Source of the DNA: Massalongia carnosa
Taxonomy: Eukaryota
NCBI GenBank assembly: GCA_965645245.1
Contig: OZ287071.1
Span: forward strand, 2,232,001 to 2,296,000
Length of the DNA stretch: 64,000 nt
Direction of reading: 5' to 3'
The notes below the pieces were generated by a model. The model saw only the letters and a list, made by a program, of their open reading frames with translations, had not been told where the DNA came from and searched no databases. Positions 62,253 to 64,000 of the stretch are shown one piece after another. The translations under genes were made by a program, and so were the position numbers. Positions within the stretch are counted from its first letter, which is position 1. Each line of letters opens with the position of its first letter.

Positions 62253-64000
62253 GCTAGAGCGGAAGTATCGCGGGAGGGGGCATTGAAGATGACGGAGTCC
62301 GGCCGGGAAGATGCCGTAGCGTAGCGTACATCTTGGCCTGTACCCGTTTCTGCTTAGTTTTGCTCTGAGCATTTTGTTAGACGATGATGCATGTACGACG
62401 GCTTTGTACGACAGAGAAGAACTGCTAACAAAACTACATTGGAATAAGTCACTCGAGTCATATAATTATGGCCGAAAAGGAGTGTTGAGAGCAACTCCGA
62501 AACCCTTGCCGTCATCCACAACTCACTTCTGGGGTTGACTTCATTGCGTCGGTCCGATAACTACAATGAGCAAGTAACGTATAGGGTGAATAGCGATCTA
62601 AATTTATAATAAGGATAACTGCTTGTCATAATAACGAAGGGATCGTGATCAGCTATAGATACTGCAGGCGAACTTGAGCACTTGAGCATCGATCATACAG
62701 GCGTTGCTTTGCTGATTTTCTGAATGTTTTGCACCGCATGGATAGAAGAACCCCATATTTTAGGTAGGAGAGCTCGAAAAGTCTGCCGTGCTTAGAAGGA
62801 CTCGTAATCCGGAGCCTTTAGATAAAAAACTTGTCATGTTCGGAGCTCTCGCCTCAGCTCCAAGACCCTGCGATGTTGCCTATGCCATGAGCGACGAACA
62901 GCCACCTAGTCGAGGCACCTCACTGCAAGTCCACAAGCACGAACCATTTTCCACTTTCGTTCGTAGGGAAGGTCGCTTCCGACCAGTTTCATCTCAGCAA
63001 GTAACGCCTACTCTGCGCACTTCAGTGCCAAGTTCCAGGCCTGGTTCTTCCTCAAGTTCTGCTGCATGAGGAGCCTTTTCCTCGTCAAGGCCATCTCGGC
63101 GAATAGAGTGTCCCGGCGTGCTATAGGTAGCCCTAGCTTGTCGTTGCTTTGAGCTTCCTGTCGTAGATGGTTCATTAAGGGGCGCAGGAAATGAAACCCG
63201 ACTTACCTGTTCTCTGCGAAAGGGCTTTCTCGTCCCGGGATTGGCTCAGGCGCTTCTAACGCTATTAGCGTTGGGGCTTGGTAGGGAGAAGTGGAAGCCA
63301 TGAGATTCGGATTAGGTAGTAAACGATGGTAAAAGTGTGTGGATGCAAGGAAGGGGATATGATGTTTTAGGTGTCATTATAAGCAAAGAGGTCTTGAGAT
63401 GTGATACAACAGCAGCGGTAGTCGGGAATGGCAAGTGACGGAACGGACGATATCATGAGAACAACAAACCACGAATGATATGAGCGGCAAAACACACCAA
63501 CCCCGGCCGCCTATTGTCAAAGGCAGAGCCACTGGATTAATATTCTTCAAGGTTTTTCGAAAGAACGTAGGACGGCATTAAAGGTTCCAGTGCTTAATAT
63601 CCAGTTCTATAAACATTCATTTATTATGTAACGTACCTCTGCTCTGACAGCATCTCCTGACATTTCACATATTCCCCTTCGATGCATTGATGACGCGCGT
63701 GTTTCGCAACCATCATGGCCCAAGCTGCAATCGATTCTCTCTGGTATGCCATCCTAGATATCTACTTAGCAAACCTAATTAAACTTGACATAGCAAGTAC
63801 GTTCTACCCCAAGAACCATTCCATATCATGAATATATATATTCATCCTCCACACACATTGTGTAAAGGAATACAAGTTCAAAGGATATATGAAAGAGAAA
63901 GAGCTGTATATGTATATGCAAAAAGGTAAGAGAAAGAAGGAATATCAATGCGGCGTGCCACAACGTTACTGGAGACAACAGAGATAGAAGGTTTAGGTAT

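Noticed and set aside
62700..63310. Possible spliced minus-strand gene fragments (donor at 63206, acceptor at 63158; ...RRDGLDEEKAPHAAELEEEPG...)
   Set aside because: I could not assemble a stop-free model with a start codon, and no family was recognisable.
1..64000. tRNA, rRNA, spliceosomal snRNA or telomerase RNA genes
   Set aside because: None was recognised by eye; a tRNAscan-SE or Infernal run would be needed to exclude them.

Overview
Gene-dense window from a filamentous ascomycete (Pezizomycotina), with short GT-AG introns and CTAAC/CTGAC-type branch sites. The conserved backbone is a Cdc25-type RasGEF, a C2H2 + fungal-TF-domain regulator, RRP5, a Cdt2/DTL-like WD40 protein, a Sec2-like coiled-coil protein, eIF4B, a Tim17-like membrane protein, a heme oxygenase-like protein, the DNA polymerase delta catalytic subunit, a rhomboid protease and a YBP1/glomulin-like protein. 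Four accessory elements stand out. (1) A compact cluster of three paralogous AIG1/GIMAP-like P-loop GTPase genes with long coiled-coil tails (13.6-19.4 kb). Two end in CAAX prenylation boxes, and one also carries N-terminal 40-aa PGSWP repeats and a C-terminal ZZ-like zinc finger. (2) A tiny spliced gene missed by the ORF track (58440-58620) encoding a 31-aa peptide ending in CTIM, a candidate a-factor-like lipopeptide pheromone precursor. (3) A Kex2-processed, secreted, 6-Cys beta/gamma-crystallin-like protein. (4) A complete 1337-bp Tc1-like DD34E transposon with TIRs and TA target-site duplication. Exon structures were assembled by eye and family assignments rest on recognised motifs; no database searches were run.
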